A DNA stretch of 64,000 nt, taken from positions 147,882 through 211,881 of the forward strand of contig CAZOZN010000001.1 of NCBI GenBank assembly GCA_964584335.1, written 5' to 3'. Position numbers and translations under genes: made by a program. The notes below the pieces were generated by a model, which saw only the letters and a program-made list of their open reading frames with translations, did no database searches and was not told where the DNA came from. Below are positions 29,418 to 39,479 of this stretch, in pieces. Origin of the DNA: an uncultured archaeon. Lineage in GTDB: Archaea > Aenigmatarchaeota > Aenigmatarchaeia > PWEA01 > JAGHBM01. Position 1 is the first letter of the stretch. The number at the start of each line of letters is the position of its first letter.

Positions 29418-29654
29418 CTATTTCTTTTTTTCATCCTTTTTTGGTATAAGATGAATACGGTCTACTATTAGCTCTCCTATTGCCGCAAAAGGTATTGCAA
29501 CAAGAGTGACTATGTATATTACTTTCCAGGTCAGGGGCTCGCCCGTTGCTAGAGTTATCGCAAGCATATCCTCTACGATTCCCATCGCCACTCCGAAAAT
29601 AAGGAATTCCAAGAAAACTTCCAATCTTTTTCTGTTCATGAAAACTAAATGCAT
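29418..29654 (-). CDS. Small two-TM membrane protein
   Basis: EFLIFGVAMGIVED...AIPFAAIGELIVD. Confidence 0.65.
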   Translation of the reverse strand: MHLVFMNRKRLEVFLEFLIFGVAMGIVEDMLAITLATGEPLTWKVIYIVTLVAIPFAAIGELIVDRIHLIPKKDEKKK

Positions 29655-29670
29655 TACATTATTTAAATTC

Positions 29671-29952
29671 TTAAAATTCGTACATATGTTTCTTTAGATT
29701 TATCCTGCCTTTTTTTATCTCTATACCGTCTTTCTTGAGAAGCAATTCTTTTTTCTTTTTGCCCAGTTTATATCCTCCTATTTCACCGTTGCTTCTCACT
29801 ATCTTGTAACAAGGATATTCTCTGGTATTTTTATTTAAGCTAAGAATCTTTCCCAATGCTCTGGGATGAATACCTGTAACATTGGATATAGACTTATATG
29901 TAGAAACCTTTCCCTTTGGGATTTTTTTGAGAAGCTTGTATATATTTTTCAT
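29671..29952 (-). CDS. MGMT family methylated-DNA-protein-cysteine methyltransferase (C-terminal domain only)
   Basis: IPKGKVSTY, PRALG, PCYKIV (PCHRV variant), GGY. Confidence 0.85.
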   Translation of the reverse strand: MKNIYKLLKKIPKGKVSTYKSISNVTGIHPRALGKILSLNKNTREYPCYKIVRSNGEIGGYKLGKKKKELLLKKDGIEIKKGRINLKKHMYEF

Positions 29953-30095
29953 TCTAAGTATTCCCAGTTTCCTTTTGCCTTTTCCCAGAAATTTCTTATA
30001 TTTTCTTGCATTTTGTATATGTTTTCGTCATTTTCAAATCCAGAATAAATCGCATCTCCGGGGTTTAAGTTTTCACTTTCTTGTGAGCTCATCAT
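29949..30095 (-). CDS. 48-aa small protein (below ORF-track cutoff)
   Basis: GAGGTGA-TTTGT-ATG; MMSSQESENLNPGDAIYSGFENDENIYKMQENIRNFWEKAKGNWEYLE; stop overlaps the MGMT start (ATGA). Confidence 0.65.
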   Translation of the reverse strand: MMSSQESENLNPGDAIYSGFENDENIYKMQENIRNFWEKAKGNWEYLE

Positions 30096-30226
30096 ACAAA
30101 TCACCTCTTAAATTTTAAGGTAGTGTCCTCTCATAGAGAAAAACACAAATGACACGGGGGCGCATCTAATACCGATTAATAAATGTTATCCAATCTATAA
30201 AAAACTATGTATACAAATCGCCGAAC

Positions 30227-30634
30227 TCATATGTGAATCTTATAATTTTCAAGAATATTTTCTTTGTCAGTCAGTCCGTAGAACTGAAATTTTGCTCTGT
30301 ATTTTTTCATTCTGGTGCCTTTTTCTTTTATTTCTTTTGAGTTTATCTTACCGACTAAAGCAAGAGCATTTGGTTCTGAATCAATTTCTTTGCCGGAGTA
30401 ATCTCTTATCTTTTTGGTTTTTACCGCACTAAACAAATTTTTACCTATCTCTCTTATGCTTGGTGCCCAAGTCCTTTCATAATCTATTGGCTCGCCAATT
30501 TTTTCCAAATCCAACTCACCTGATTTTATTTTTTCTGTTATATTCTTTTCTTTGTAAAAAGAATAACCCCGCCAACTGGGCTTTTCTACTAAAAAGGTTT
30601 CTTCTCCGCTTATCCTAAGGAAATACTTTACCAT
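30227..30634 (-). CDS. Hypothetical protein
   Basis: 135-aa ORF with ATG, no recognisable motif. Confidence 0.55.
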   Translation of the reverse strand: MVKYFLRISGEETFLVEKPSWRGYSFYKEKNITEKIKSGELDLEKIGEPIDYERTWAPSIREIGKNLFSAVKTKKIRDYSGKEIDSEPNALALVGKINSKEIKEKGTRMKKYRAKFQFYGLTDKENILENYKIHI

Positions 30635-30725
30635 AATTATATAGTGAACTAAAAACGATTTAAGTTTGGAAATCTCTTGAATTTAAGAAAATAGTTTTTT
30701 ATTTCTACTATACAAAGATTTTTAC

Positions 30726-32366
30726 ATGTGTTTCAAGGAAAAAATTATGGAAATCGCACTTCGAAATTCTCTTATTCATGAAGGCAAAGCTGATGTTGGT
30801 TCTGTTTTGGGTAGCCTTATTTCTGAAAATCCTGAAGTCAAGAAGAAAATAGGAGAGGTAAAACCTGAAGTGGAGAAAATAGTAAGCGAAGTAAATTCAA
30901 TGACTGTAGAGGAACAGGAAAAAGAAGCCAAGAACAGGAACGTTTCAACAGAGGTCGAATCGAAAGAGGAAAGAGGCCTTCCTGAATTGACTCATGCAGA
31001 AAAGGGAAAGGTGGTTACTGCTTTCCCTCCGGAGCCAAGCGGATATCCGCATCTCGGTCACGCCAAGGGAGCCCTGGTCAATTATCTTTACGCAAAAGAA
31101 TACGAAGGCAAGTTTATTCTTAGGTTTGAGGATACAAACCCCAAGCTTGCAAAGAAAGAATTCTATGATTTACAGCTTGAAGGTTTTAAGTGGCTGGGTA
31201 TAGAATGGGACGAACTTGTCAAAATATCAGACAACATGGAAATATTTTACGATTATGCCAAGAAGCTAATAAAAGAAGGTTTTTTCTATGCATGTTCCTG
31301 CCCGGTCGATGTTATGAGAGATAAAAGGTCTAAGGGAGAGGAATGTGAACACAGAAAACAGACACCCGAAGATAACTTGAAAATATGGAATGGTATGCTT
31401 TCAGGAAAATACGATGAAGGTGACGTCATAATAAGATTTAAGGGAGACTTGGAACACAAGAACACAACTTTCCGCGACCCAACCATGCTTAAGATATGCA
31501 AGGAACCTCATCCTTTACAGGGAGAAAAATATTTTGTTTGGCCTTCTTATGATTTTGGTACTTCGGTATCGGACGGTCATTGGGGTGTAACTCACCGTGT
31601 AAGGTCTAAGGAATTTGAACTTAGAGCACCTTTACAGAAAAAATTGCAAAAACTCATGGGTTTCAAACCCACAGTCATTATAGAACAGGCACGCTTTAAC
31701 CTTAAGGGAGTTCTGTCCTCAAAGAGAGAGATAAGGAAACTAATACAAGAGGGAGAAATAAGCGGGTGGGATGACCCGAGGCTTTCCACTCTTGCTTCAC
31801 TGAAGAGGAGAGGATTCAAACCGGAGGCAATAAGGAATTTTCTTTTGAAGATGGGCCTAAGCAAGCACGAATCCCTTGTCGAATGGGAGACTCTTGAGAA
31901 GGAAAACAGGAAAATAATAGACTCTGTTGCAAATCGATATTTTTTTGTAAGCGAACCTGTTGAAATAGAGATTGACCAAAAATTTGATGAAACAGAGGCA
32001 CCCCTACACCCCGAGGATGCAGAAAGAGGAAAAAGAAAGATACCTGTTTCAAAAAAGATATACGTGGAGAAAAAAGATTTTGAAAAGCTTAAGGGAAATG
32101 AAGTGAGACTTTTGCATCTATGCAATATTGTTTTAAACAAAAATTCTAAGGTCACTTCCACAGAGCTGAAGGACATACCCAAGATACACTGGGTATCTGA
32201 GGGAGTTCCTGTAAAGGTTGTTATGAATGATGCTTCAGAAAAAAACGGATTAGCGGAACCTGAATTCGCGAATGTGAAAAAAGATGAAGTTTTCCAGTTT
32301 GAGAGGTTCGGTTTTTGCAGGCTTGATTCCAGAGAACCTTTAATCTGTTATTTTACCCACAAATAG
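30726..32366 (+). CDS. gltX: Glutamyl-tRNA synthetase (archaeal type)
   Basis: FPPEPSGYPHLGHAK, RFEDTNP, LSSKR, WDDPRL, QFERFGF. Confidence 0.96.
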   Translation: MCFKEKIMEIALRNSLIHEGKADVGSVLGSLISENPEVKKKIGEVKPEVEKIVSEVNSMTVEEQEKEAKNRNVSTEVESKEERGLPELTHAEKGKVVTAFPPEPSGYPHLGHAKGALVNYLYAKEYEGKFILRFEDTNPKLAKKEFYDLQLEGFKWLGIEWDELVKISDNMEIFYDYAKKLIKEGFFYACSCPVDVMRDKRSKGEECEHRKQTPEDNLKIWNGMLSGKYDEGDVIIRFKGDLEHKNTTFRDPTMLKICKEPHPLQGEKYFVWPSYDFGTSVSDGHWGVTHRVRSKEFELRAPLQKKLQKLMGFKPTVIIEQARFNLKGVLSSKREIRKLIQEGEISGWDDPRLSTLASLKRRGFKPEAIRNFLLKMGLSKHESLVEWETLEKENRKIIDSVANRYFFVSEPVEIEIDQKFDETEAPLHPEDAERGKRKIPVSKKIYVEKKDFEKLKGNEVRLLHLCNIVLNKNSKVTSTELKDIPKIHWVSEGVPVKVVMNDASEKNGLAEPEFANVKKDEVFQFERFGFCRLDSREPLICYFTHK

Positions 32367-32396
32367 CTTTATAAGCCCCAATATCCAATTCTATTT

Positions 32397-33008
32397 ATGA
32401 TAGACTTTAACATATGGAAAGATGTTTTAATGGAACCCATTAAAACCTTCAAGCAACAAGAAAAGAAAGCGGACTTAACACAGGGACTGATTCACATAGC
32501 GATTGCAGGAGTAATATCAGGATTTTTCACAGGAATTGCAGCCTTGATGGGAATGGGTGCTTTAGGAGCAATGGGAGGAGTTTCTGCCAGCTTAATGGGA
32601 GCAGGCATAGGAGCAATGGCCTTCGTTATAAGTCTAATAGTAACTCCTATAATAACTGTGATAGGATTCATTGTAATTTCTGCCATAATCTATATTTTCG
32701 CGATGATTTTTGGCGGTAAAGGAGACTATGTAAAACAGACTTATCTTATTGCGCTTTATGCCGCACCTTTAATTGTAATAAATTCCGTGGTAGGATTGAT
32801 ACCTTTCTTGGGAGGTTTAATTGCCTTTTTAGTAAGCCTTTACGGACTTTATTTACTTACAATGGCTCTCAAACAGGCTCATAAAGTAAGTACGGGAAAA
32901 GCTGTTGCTATATGGATAGTACCTATATTAGCAATGATAGTATTAGCAGTGATTCTTGGATTTGGGTTTTTCATGGCAATGTCTCCTATTATGGCAGCAG
33001 GTGCCTAA
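32397..33008 (+). CDS. Yip1 family membrane protein
   Basis: VLMEPIKTF, five TMs, FGGKG, ALKQAHKVS. Confidence 0.82.
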   Translation: MIDFNIWKDVLMEPIKTFKQQEKKADLTQGLIHIAIAGVISGFFTGIAALMGMGALGAMGGVSASLMGAGIGAMAFVISLIVTPIITVIGFIVISAIIYIFAMIFGGKGDYVKQTYLIALYAAPLIVINSVVGLIPFLGGLIAFLVSLYGLYLLTMALKQAHKVSTGKAVAIWIVPILAMIVLAVILGFGFFMAMSPIMAAGA

Positions 33009-33020
33009 ACCCCTCTTTTT

Positions 33021-34565
33021 TTATCTTTCAAAGAAGAAACCTTTTTCATAAGTATGTTTTTTTGAAGGCAATACATCTATTATCATTTCTTCAGACGCAC
33101 TTTCTCTTATTATTATTGGTTCAGAATGTCTCAAAAACTTCAGTGCACTGGAAAATCTTCTGTCATTGTTTGAATACATTGTAAATATTACTTCATTTTT
33201 CTTTACGGGATAACCCACCTTTTTGTTTAGAACAAGTCCTGCTCCTTTGTCTTTTGGAGCACCTAACTTTCTGGCAAGTTCTATTATCTGGTCATTTCTT
33301 ATCCAGAATACTCTTCCCTTTCTGGGTGATTTAACTTCGAATTTATCCTTACCTACCGGTATGTTTCCTGATTTTAGTTTTGGATTTCCTCCCTGTTCTT
33401 TTATTATCTGCCTGAACTTCTTTTCAGCTTTTCCTGATTTCAATATTTTTTCTGCGAGTGCTCTCGGTTTTCTCTTCCCAGCCATTTCAAATATTATTGA
33501 AGACAAGCCTATTGCCTTGTTTACAAGTGATACAGGGCCTCTTCCCCTCAAAGCTTTTAGTGCCTCTCTGGCTTCCAGAGCCGGTCCTATGGCATGGCCA
33601 ACCGGCTGTTCTCCATGAGTTATTGCTGACCTTACTTCTATTCCGAGTCTCTTGCCTAACTCTATGAAATCTTCAGCTATGTTTTTTGCTTCCATGAAAG
33701 TTTTTATCTTTGCACCCCTTCCTGTTGGTATGTCTATTACTACGTGTTTTGCTCCCACTGCCTTTTTCTTGCTCATAACAGATGATAGAAACAGAGGATC
33801 AATCTTTAAAGGATATTCAACCTTTACAAAAATATCGTCAGCGCGTGCCAAGTCAACGGCACCTCCCCATACCATACAACCGTTACATTTCTTTACTATC
33901 CTCTTTATGCCTTCTATATCAAATTCAACATTTGCTATTGTCTCGACAATATCTGCAGTACCTGCCGGAGAGCTTATCGCGCGGCTGGATGTTTTTGGTA
34001 TGGTCAGTCCCGCCGCGGCTACTATAGGAACTACAAGAAGCGTTTCCTTCTTTCCGGGTATTCCTCCTATAGAATGCTTATCATAAACCTTTTTACCGAA
34101 GTTGATTGTCTTTGAAGTGTTAACCATAGCCTTTGACAGGTATTCTGCTTCTTTTATAGTCATACCGTTTAGCTCAAGTCCTGTTATGAATGCCCCTATT
34201 TCAACATCTGTCAAGTCCCTTTCAATAGTATCCTTTACTATCTGCCTTATTTCGTTTCTGTTTAGCTCTTTTCCCTTAAGCTTTTCTTTTACATAGGCAA
34301 CACTTTTCGGTTCGAGCTGTACCTCTATTTTTACGTTATCTCCTGTTTCCACTTTAAGGCTTTCCGCAACGCACTTGTAAAGACCTATTTCACCATCTTC
34401 AACAATCCTGTTGCTGGCATTAATTATACAAGTAAGCCTTTGCTTGCCTTTTATAACGTCTATTCTGTCCAGGGTATGCAAATTTAACTCTTTGAGAGTT
34501 TTATCATTTAGAACGACTATATGCAGCTTTCCTGCATCAACATCAAGTTTTTTTGCTCTTAACAA
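33021..34565 (-). CDS. deoA: AMP phosphorylase (thymidine phosphorylase family)
   Basis: DKHSIGG, PKTSSRAISSPAGTAD, IGPALEA, GAPKDKGAG; TTG start. Confidence 0.93.
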   Translation of the reverse strand: MLRAKKLDVDAGKLHIVVLNDKTLKELNLHTLDRIDVIKGKQRLTCIINASNRIVEDGEIGLYKCVAESLKVETGDNVKIEVQLEPKSVAYVKEKLKGKELNRNEIRQIVKDTIERDLTDVEIGAFITGLELNGMTIKEAEYLSKAMVNTSKTINFGKKVYDKHSIGGIPGKKETLLVVPIVAAAGLTIPKTSSRAISSPAGTADIVETIANVEFDIEGIKRIVKKCNGCMVWGGAVDLARADDIFVKVEYPLKIDPLFLSSVMSKKKAVGAKHVVIDIPTGRGAKIKTFMEAKNIAEDFIELGKRLGIEVRSAITHGEQPVGHAIGPALEAREALKALRGRGPVSLVNKAIGLSSIIFEMAGKRKPRALAEKILKSGKAEKKFRQIIKEQGGNPKLKSGNIPVGKDKFEVKSPRKGRVFWIRNDQIIELARKLGAPKDKGAGLVLNKKVGYPVKKNEVIFTMYSNNDRRFSSALKFLRHSEPIIIRESASEEMIIDVLPSKKHTYEKGFFFER

Positions 34566-34651
34566 AACAACACCTTTATCTTTATATCTTGGATTGGCTT
34601 ATTAAAAAGATTTATCTTTTTGTCTATATTAATATTATATGGGGGGTTTTA

Positions 34652-35059
34652 ATCGAAGATTCTAACCTAAAGTCTGCTTGCCTAGATAAAATATTCGGCG
34701 TATTTGAGAATTGGGACTTGAAGGATTTGGAAGACGCCTACAACGTCATGAACATGCCTCAGGTTGAATGGTGGAACAGAGTTCTTTATTGGACAGGACT
34801 TGAGCCAAAAGAATACAAGAATGAAAAAGGAAAAAAAGATTACCATTTCAAGTTTAAAGGCAGGAACGTTTACTGCAGTTTTTCAGATGATATTGCTAAT
34901 GGTGCCAAGGGCAGTGCGCCTAAACTCGACTTTTATGAAAGAATCGGCCCCGGCGACAATGAGGAGGATTACAAAAAGATTGACAAGGAAGGTGCTCCGA
35001 AGTTTGGATTCGATGCCGTATTAAGAAACCTAATAAAGGAGAAAAAAGATTCAAGCTAG
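34652..35059 (+). CDS. Hypothetical protein (start uncertain, possibly ATC at 34652)
   Basis: Open frame between AMP phosphorylase and RuBisCO; GGGGGG SD-like run 5 nt before ATC. Confidence 0.5.
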   Translation: MEDSNLKSACLDKIFGVFENWDLKDLEDAYNVMNMPQVEWWNRVLYWTGLEPKEYKNEKGKKDYHFKFKGRNVYCSFSDDIANGAKGSAPKLDFYERIGPGDNEEDYKKIDKEGAPKFGFDAVLRNLIKEKKDSS

Positions 35060-36300
35060 CTCCATTTCTTCAAGGCCAGTTTAAGTTCTTTGTGTTCTTT
35101 TGAATATTCTTCAAGCGGTATATTTTTTAGTGAAGCTTCTAAAGATTGTCTCATTGCTATGGCTCCGGAACGCGTTCCGTTCGGATGACCGTGAATTCCT
35201 CCACCTGCCTGTATTATTATATTTTTGCCCATTATTTTTATCATTCTCGGAAGAAGTCCTGGATGCAAGCCGCCTGAACATACAGCAAAAACAGGCTTAA
35301 CCCCGAACCAATCTTCTTCTAGAGTATGCCTACCTTCTTTTATGAAGTCTTTTTCTATTTCCTGTTCTATGTGATATACTTCTTTTTTGCTTCCAACCAT
35401 TTTTCCTACCACAGTTCCTATATGTATCTGGTCCACGCCTATCAACCTTGCTATGTCCGCGACAACAAGCATAGAAATTCCATGATTTCCTTTTGTGAAA
35501 GCAGCATGTCCTGCTCTGTGAGCATGTATAACCAGACCAAGGTCTTCGTTTCTGACAGTCTGTAGGCCTGCCCACCCAACGGTAACTATATCAATCATTA
35601 TGTAACGCCCGCCGTTTTTCTTTACAAACTTTGCCCTCTTAAGCATCTCGTTTGTTTCCGCTGTTATGTTCGGCATGTAAACTTTGACTTCTCCTGTCTC
35701 TCTCTCAGCTTTTTTTCTCATTTTTATTGTTTCTTTTATCCTTTCCTGAAATCGATTAAAATTCTGGCTTGTCAGGTTTTCATCATCCTTAACTATGTCG
35801 CAGCCTCCCATCCATGCCTCATATGCAACTTTCGCATGCTGTTTGGGAGTAAGTCCTATCTTTGGCTTTACAATTGTTCCGACCAAAGGCCTGTCCTTGA
35901 CCTTAAGAATTTTTCTGACTCCTTCTATCCCGAACTTTGGCCCCCTGAAGCTTTTTGTCAGTCCTTCGGGCCAGTTTATGTCCACAAGTCTTAATTTTTT
36001 GAGAGCTTTCATGCCGAATATGTTGCCTCCTATAGAACTCATTATCTGCGGTATATTACCCTCCTCAAAAAGCTTTGATGGGTATGCAATCTTTACCCAG
36101 TTACCTTTGATTTCAAAAACCTTTGCCCCCATACCTTGGACGCGCTTGTTCATGGTCTTTATATCAGTCCATGTTCCTGTCGAGCTTTCTCCTGCAACCG
36201 CATCAGCTGCTTTGGAATAAGGAATGTGATTTGGTTCAATTCTGAACAAACATACCAAGTCATCCTTTGTAGGCTTGTAGCTCTTCTTAATATAACCCAT
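35056..36300 (-). CDS. rbcL: Form III-type ribulose-1,5-bisphosphate carboxylase
   Basis: GESSTGTW, GTIVKPKIG, DIVKDDE, HAHRAGH, SGGLHPG, GGGIHGHP. Confidence 0.95.
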   Translation of the reverse strand: MGYIKKSYKPTKDDLVCLFRIEPNHIPYSKAADAVAGESSTGTWTDIKTMNKRVQGMGAKVFEIKGNWVKIAYPSKLFEEGNIPQIMSSIGGNIFGMKALKKLRLVDINWPEGLTKSFRGPKFGIEGVRKILKVKDRPLVGTIVKPKIGLTPKQHAKVAYEAWMGGCDIVKDDENLTSQNFNRFQERIKETIKMRKKAERETGEVKVYMPNITAETNEMLKRAKFVKKNGGRYIMIDIVTVGWAGLQTVRNEDLGLVIHAHRAGHAAFTKGNHGISMLVVADIARLIGVDQIHIGTVVGKMVGSKKEVYHIEQEIEKDFIKEGRHTLEEDWFGVKPVFAVCSGGLHPGLLPRMIKIMGKNIIIQAGGGIHGHPNGTRSGAIAMRQSLEASLKNIPLEEYSKEHKELKLALKKWS

Positions 36301-36304
36301 AAAA

Positions 36305-37390
36305 TCATTTCTCTAAAAAGATTGTCTGTGTCGGGAATGCCATCTCTATCTTTTCTTTCTCGAATTTTTCCTTTATCTTGAGATTTATTTCCTGCTGTAT
36401 ACCCCTGTAAACAGCGTAATCCTTACTGTTAACATAATATACCGCGCTGAACTTGAGTGCCGAGTCACCGAACTCCGTGAAGTGAACCCTGTCAACATCG
36501 GCCTTATCCACGCTGTTTATTATTTTCTTTACCATGTCCGGTATCTTCTTGAGCTTCTTTGTTTTTGTTCCGTAAACAACACCGAACTCGAATGATATTC
36601 TTCTCTTCTTGAGCTTCTTGTAGTTGTGTACGCGTGTACTTACAAGCTCCTTGTTTGATACCACAAGTTCTTCTCCCTCTAACGTAGTTATTCTTGTTGA
36701 CTGTATTCCTATTTTCTTTACTGTCCCCGCATCACTTCCTATAACTATAAAGTCTCCTGTCTGGAAAGGCTTGTCGAAGTATATTGAAAACGAGGCAAAT
36801 ATATCCGATAATATATTCTGCAGTGCGAAAGCAACAGCTATACCACCTACACCCAACCCGGCAACAAGACTTGTTACGTCAAAGCCAAAGTTAGAAAGTA
36901 TCAAAACAACCGCTATTGCTGCAAGTATAATCTTTACAAAAGTGTTCATCAGCTTTATCGCAGAGGTGTCTATCTTCTTCTTCTCTCTTTTTTCTTCGCG
37001 CTCTATGAATTTTCTCGTTCCGTAATCAACAAACGTTGAGAGGAACTTAACTCCGTAGTAAGTTCCCACAAGAATCATAAAGTAGTAAGCATATTGGTCG
37101 ATGTTTGCGGGCAAAGTCAGATACTTTAATGCAATGTATGCTGAAACAATCGCATAAAAAGGCTTTACGAAAACTCTCTCCACGGCCTCCACAATCATAT
37201 CGTCTACGTCATTCTTGGTCTTCTTTGCCAGCTTTTTGAAATATTTTATTATTATAGTCTTTACTATCCTAAGAACCACAAGCGCCACTGCGAATATTGC
37301 TATGGCCAATATGTAATCAAAAGCAGCATTATTCCAAATTATCGTGTTCATGTACGGTAAACTAGAAGTCATACCCAATTCGGCATTCAT
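36305..37390 (-). CDS. MscS family mechanosensitive channel
   Basis: LGVGGIAVAFALQNILSD, DKPFQTGDFI, AFPTQT. Confidence 0.93.
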   Translation of the reverse strand: MNAELGMTSSLPYMNTIIWNNAAFDYILAIAIFAVALVVLRIVKTIIIKYFKKLAKKTKNDVDDMIVEAVERVFVKPFYAIVSAYIALKYLTLPANIDQYAYYFMILVGTYYGVKFLSTFVDYGTRKFIEREEKREKKKIDTSAIKLMNTFVKIILAAIAVVLILSNFGFDVTSLVAGLGVGGIAVAFALQNILSDIFASFSIYFDKPFQTGDFIVIGSDAGTVKKIGIQSTRITTLEGEELVVSNKELVSTRVHNYKKLKKRRISFEFGVVYGTKTKKLKKIPDMVKKIINSVDKADVDRVHFTEFGDSALKFSAVYYVNSKDYAVYRGIQQEINLKIKEKFEKEKIEMAFPTQTIFLEK

Positions 37391-37450
37391 AGTTATAACA
37401 TTAAGTTCTTTATTTATATAATTTTTGAAAATAATAAAACAGGTGTTTTT

Positions 37451-37894
37451 TTGTTCGGGTTCGGAAAGGGAAAAATAAAGATAGAACTTGAAAAATTCAA
37501 TTATTCTCCCGGAGAGACCGTAAAAGGAAAGTTGATATTGAATTTAAAGAAACCGATAGAGGCCAGGGGGTTATACGTGGAATTTATAGGCGAGCAGAGA
37601 ACATCGCAAAACATAGGAGTTAAGAGATCTTCTCAGACAAGAAGAGTTTATGATTTCAAGCAGACTCTTGACGGAGAAAAGGAGTATCCTGCCGGTCAAG
37701 AACTTGTATATCCATTTGAAATAAAGATACCCGAAAACACGAAGCACGAGCTAAACGAGAAAGTTGAAAAGGCTCTAGCTATAGCAAAGACAATAGGTTT
37801 GATGAGCAATTATACATCCTGGTTTATTATAGGAAAGCTCGACGTGCCTCTTTCCATTGACATATCAAAGAAAATACAGATAACAGTATGCTGA
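37451..37894 (+). CDS. Arrestin-N/SpoOM-like beta-sandwich protein
   Basis: YSPGETVKGKL...YPFEIKIP pattern; TTG start. Confidence 0.6.
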   Translation: MFGFGKGKIKIELEKFNYSPGETVKGKLILNLKKPIEARGLYVEFIGEQRTSQNIGVKRSSQTRRVYDFKQTLDGEKEYPAGQELVYPFEIKIPENTKHELNEKVEKALAIAKTIGLMSNYTSWFIIGKLDVPLSIDISKKIQITVC

Positions 37895-37930
37895 ACTAAA
37901 TGTTTTAAAAGGCAAATAGTAATATTATAC

Positions 37931-38887
37931 ATGCTATCCCTAACGATTTGGGCACTTATTTTTGTAGCAAGCATGGCTGTTCTTGTAAAGGCCTCTGACT
38001 GGTTCACGGATTCGGCCGAGGAGATAGGTGTTTTCTTTGGTCTGCCTGTTTTTGTGATAGGGATAACAATAGTCGCGCTAGGAACTTCACTACCGGAACT
38101 CGTTTCATCGGTATTTGCTGTTTTAAACAATTCTTCTGAAATAGTTGTTGGAAACGTTCTCGGCTCTAACATAGCTAACATATTTTTAGTCCTTGGCGTG
38201 ACGGCAATAGTAGGAAAGAAGCTTAAAATAACTTACGAGCTTATCCACGTGGACTTGCCTTTTCTTGTAGGTTCCTCGTTTTTGCTGGGTATGTGCATAT
38301 TTGATATGGTTTTCACCTTTTCCGAGGCCCTTTTATGTATAGTCGGATTTTTTGTTTACTCTATTTACACGATTACGTCAGAAGAGGAACACAAGGACAA
38401 GGAGATAATAAAGGAGATTAAAATAAAGAAAAAGAAAAAAATCGGGATTAAGCCTTTTATAGTTCTCTTCTTTAGCGCAATTTTTATCTACCTCGGAGCT
38501 AAATACACAATAGAATCTGTAATAAATCTCTCTGAAATGTTAAACATAGGCAAAGAGATAATAGCCCTAAGCGCAATAGCACTGGGCACTTCATTGCCGG
38601 AGCTCGCTGTAAGCATTAACGCTGCAAGAAAAAACAAGCCTGAGATAGCTGTAGGCAACGTTCTCGGCTCAAACATATTTAATGTTCTGTTTGTTATGGG
38701 TGTTCCCGCTATGATAGGAAATCTTGTAATACCCAGAGGCGTAGTATCCTTTAGCCTTCCAATTATGCTAATAGCAACATTGCTTTATTTCTTTATGACC
38801 CAGGATAACGAGCTCACAAAATGGGAAGGGTTCCTTCTTTTGCTTTTCTATGTATTCTTTATAGGGTCACTTTTCAGCCTTTTTTAA
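37931..38887 (+). CDS. Calcium/sodium antiporter (CaCA, YrbG-like)
   Basis: Two alpha repeats GTSLPEL and GNVLGSNI. Confidence 0.93.
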   Translation: MLSLTIWALIFVASMAVLVKASDWFTDSAEEIGVFFGLPVFVIGITIVALGTSLPELVSSVFAVLNNSSEIVVGNVLGSNIANIFLVLGVTAIVGKKLKITYELIHVDLPFLVGSSFLLGMCIFDMVFTFSEALLCIVGFFVYSIYTITSEEEHKDKEIIKEIKIKKKKKIGIKPFIVLFFSAIFIYLGAKYTIESVINLSEMLNIGKEIIALSAIALGTSLPELAVSINAARKNKPEIAVGNVLGSNIFNVLFVMGVPAMIGNLVIPRGVVSFSLPIMLIATLLYFFMTQDNELTKWEGFLLLLFYVFFIGSLFSLF

Positions 38888-39373
38888 TTTCCAGATATTG
38901 TAAGCCCCAATAAGAACCATAAAAATACCCACCAGTATCAGGAAAATCAATAGCCAGTCTGTTCCTCCCGAAGCGGGCAAGCTTCTAGCGGCTTCTTCCG
39001 TCCCCAAAATCATTGACTCTGTTTTTTGTGTTGCTAGCAATTTTGGGGCGCCTGTAAATGATTTAAATCCGCCAAAGAAAATCATTAGAAAACCAAGGCT
39101 CAATATTATTATGAACTGCATAGGCGACCTGGGCTTTACCAGGCTCTTGCCTTTTTCCGTTATCTCAAAGTAAATCCACTTGTGACCGGTTTCCTTTCTC
39201 TTCACCAGGCCTTCCTCTTCCAGAATCTTAAGATGACCGTTGACAGTTGAAGGAGCCAGGTCCAGCATCTTGGCCAAATCTGCCGCTATTTTTCTTCTTT
39301 GAGAAAGAATTCTTAGAATCTCCAGCCTTGTATCGGAGGCCAATGCCTTTATCGTGCTCTTGGTAATTTCCAT
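38867..39373 (-). CDS. ArsR-family HTH regulator with two C-terminal TM helices
   Basis: KALASDTRLEILRIL...STVNGHLKIL; two hydrophobic segments. Confidence 0.82.
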   Translation of the reverse strand: MEITKSTIKALASDTRLEILRILSQRRKIAADLAKMLDLAPSTVNGHLKILEEEGLVKRKETGHKWIYFEITEKGKSLVKPRSPMQFIIILSLGFLMIFFGGFKSFTGAPKLLATQKTESMILGTEEAARSLPASGGTDWLLIFLILVGIFMVLIGAYNIWKLKKAEK

Positions 39374-39479
39374 AAAGAGAGTTATGCAGGCAAGTTAATA
39401 AAATTTCTTATTAGGCAAAAACCGAACAATACCGTCAGTATTATATAAAAAAATATCTATAGAGTAACCAGGTGAAAAA

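Noticed and set aside
29671-29952. MGMT active-site variant PCYKIV suggesting an inactive or ATL-type protein
   Set aside because: The catalytic Cys is retained, so it is treated as an ordinary minimal MGMT
35056-36300. RuBisCO as evidence of autotrophic carbon fixation
   Set aside because: Context is AMP phosphorylase and R15P isomerase with no phosphoribulokinase in the window
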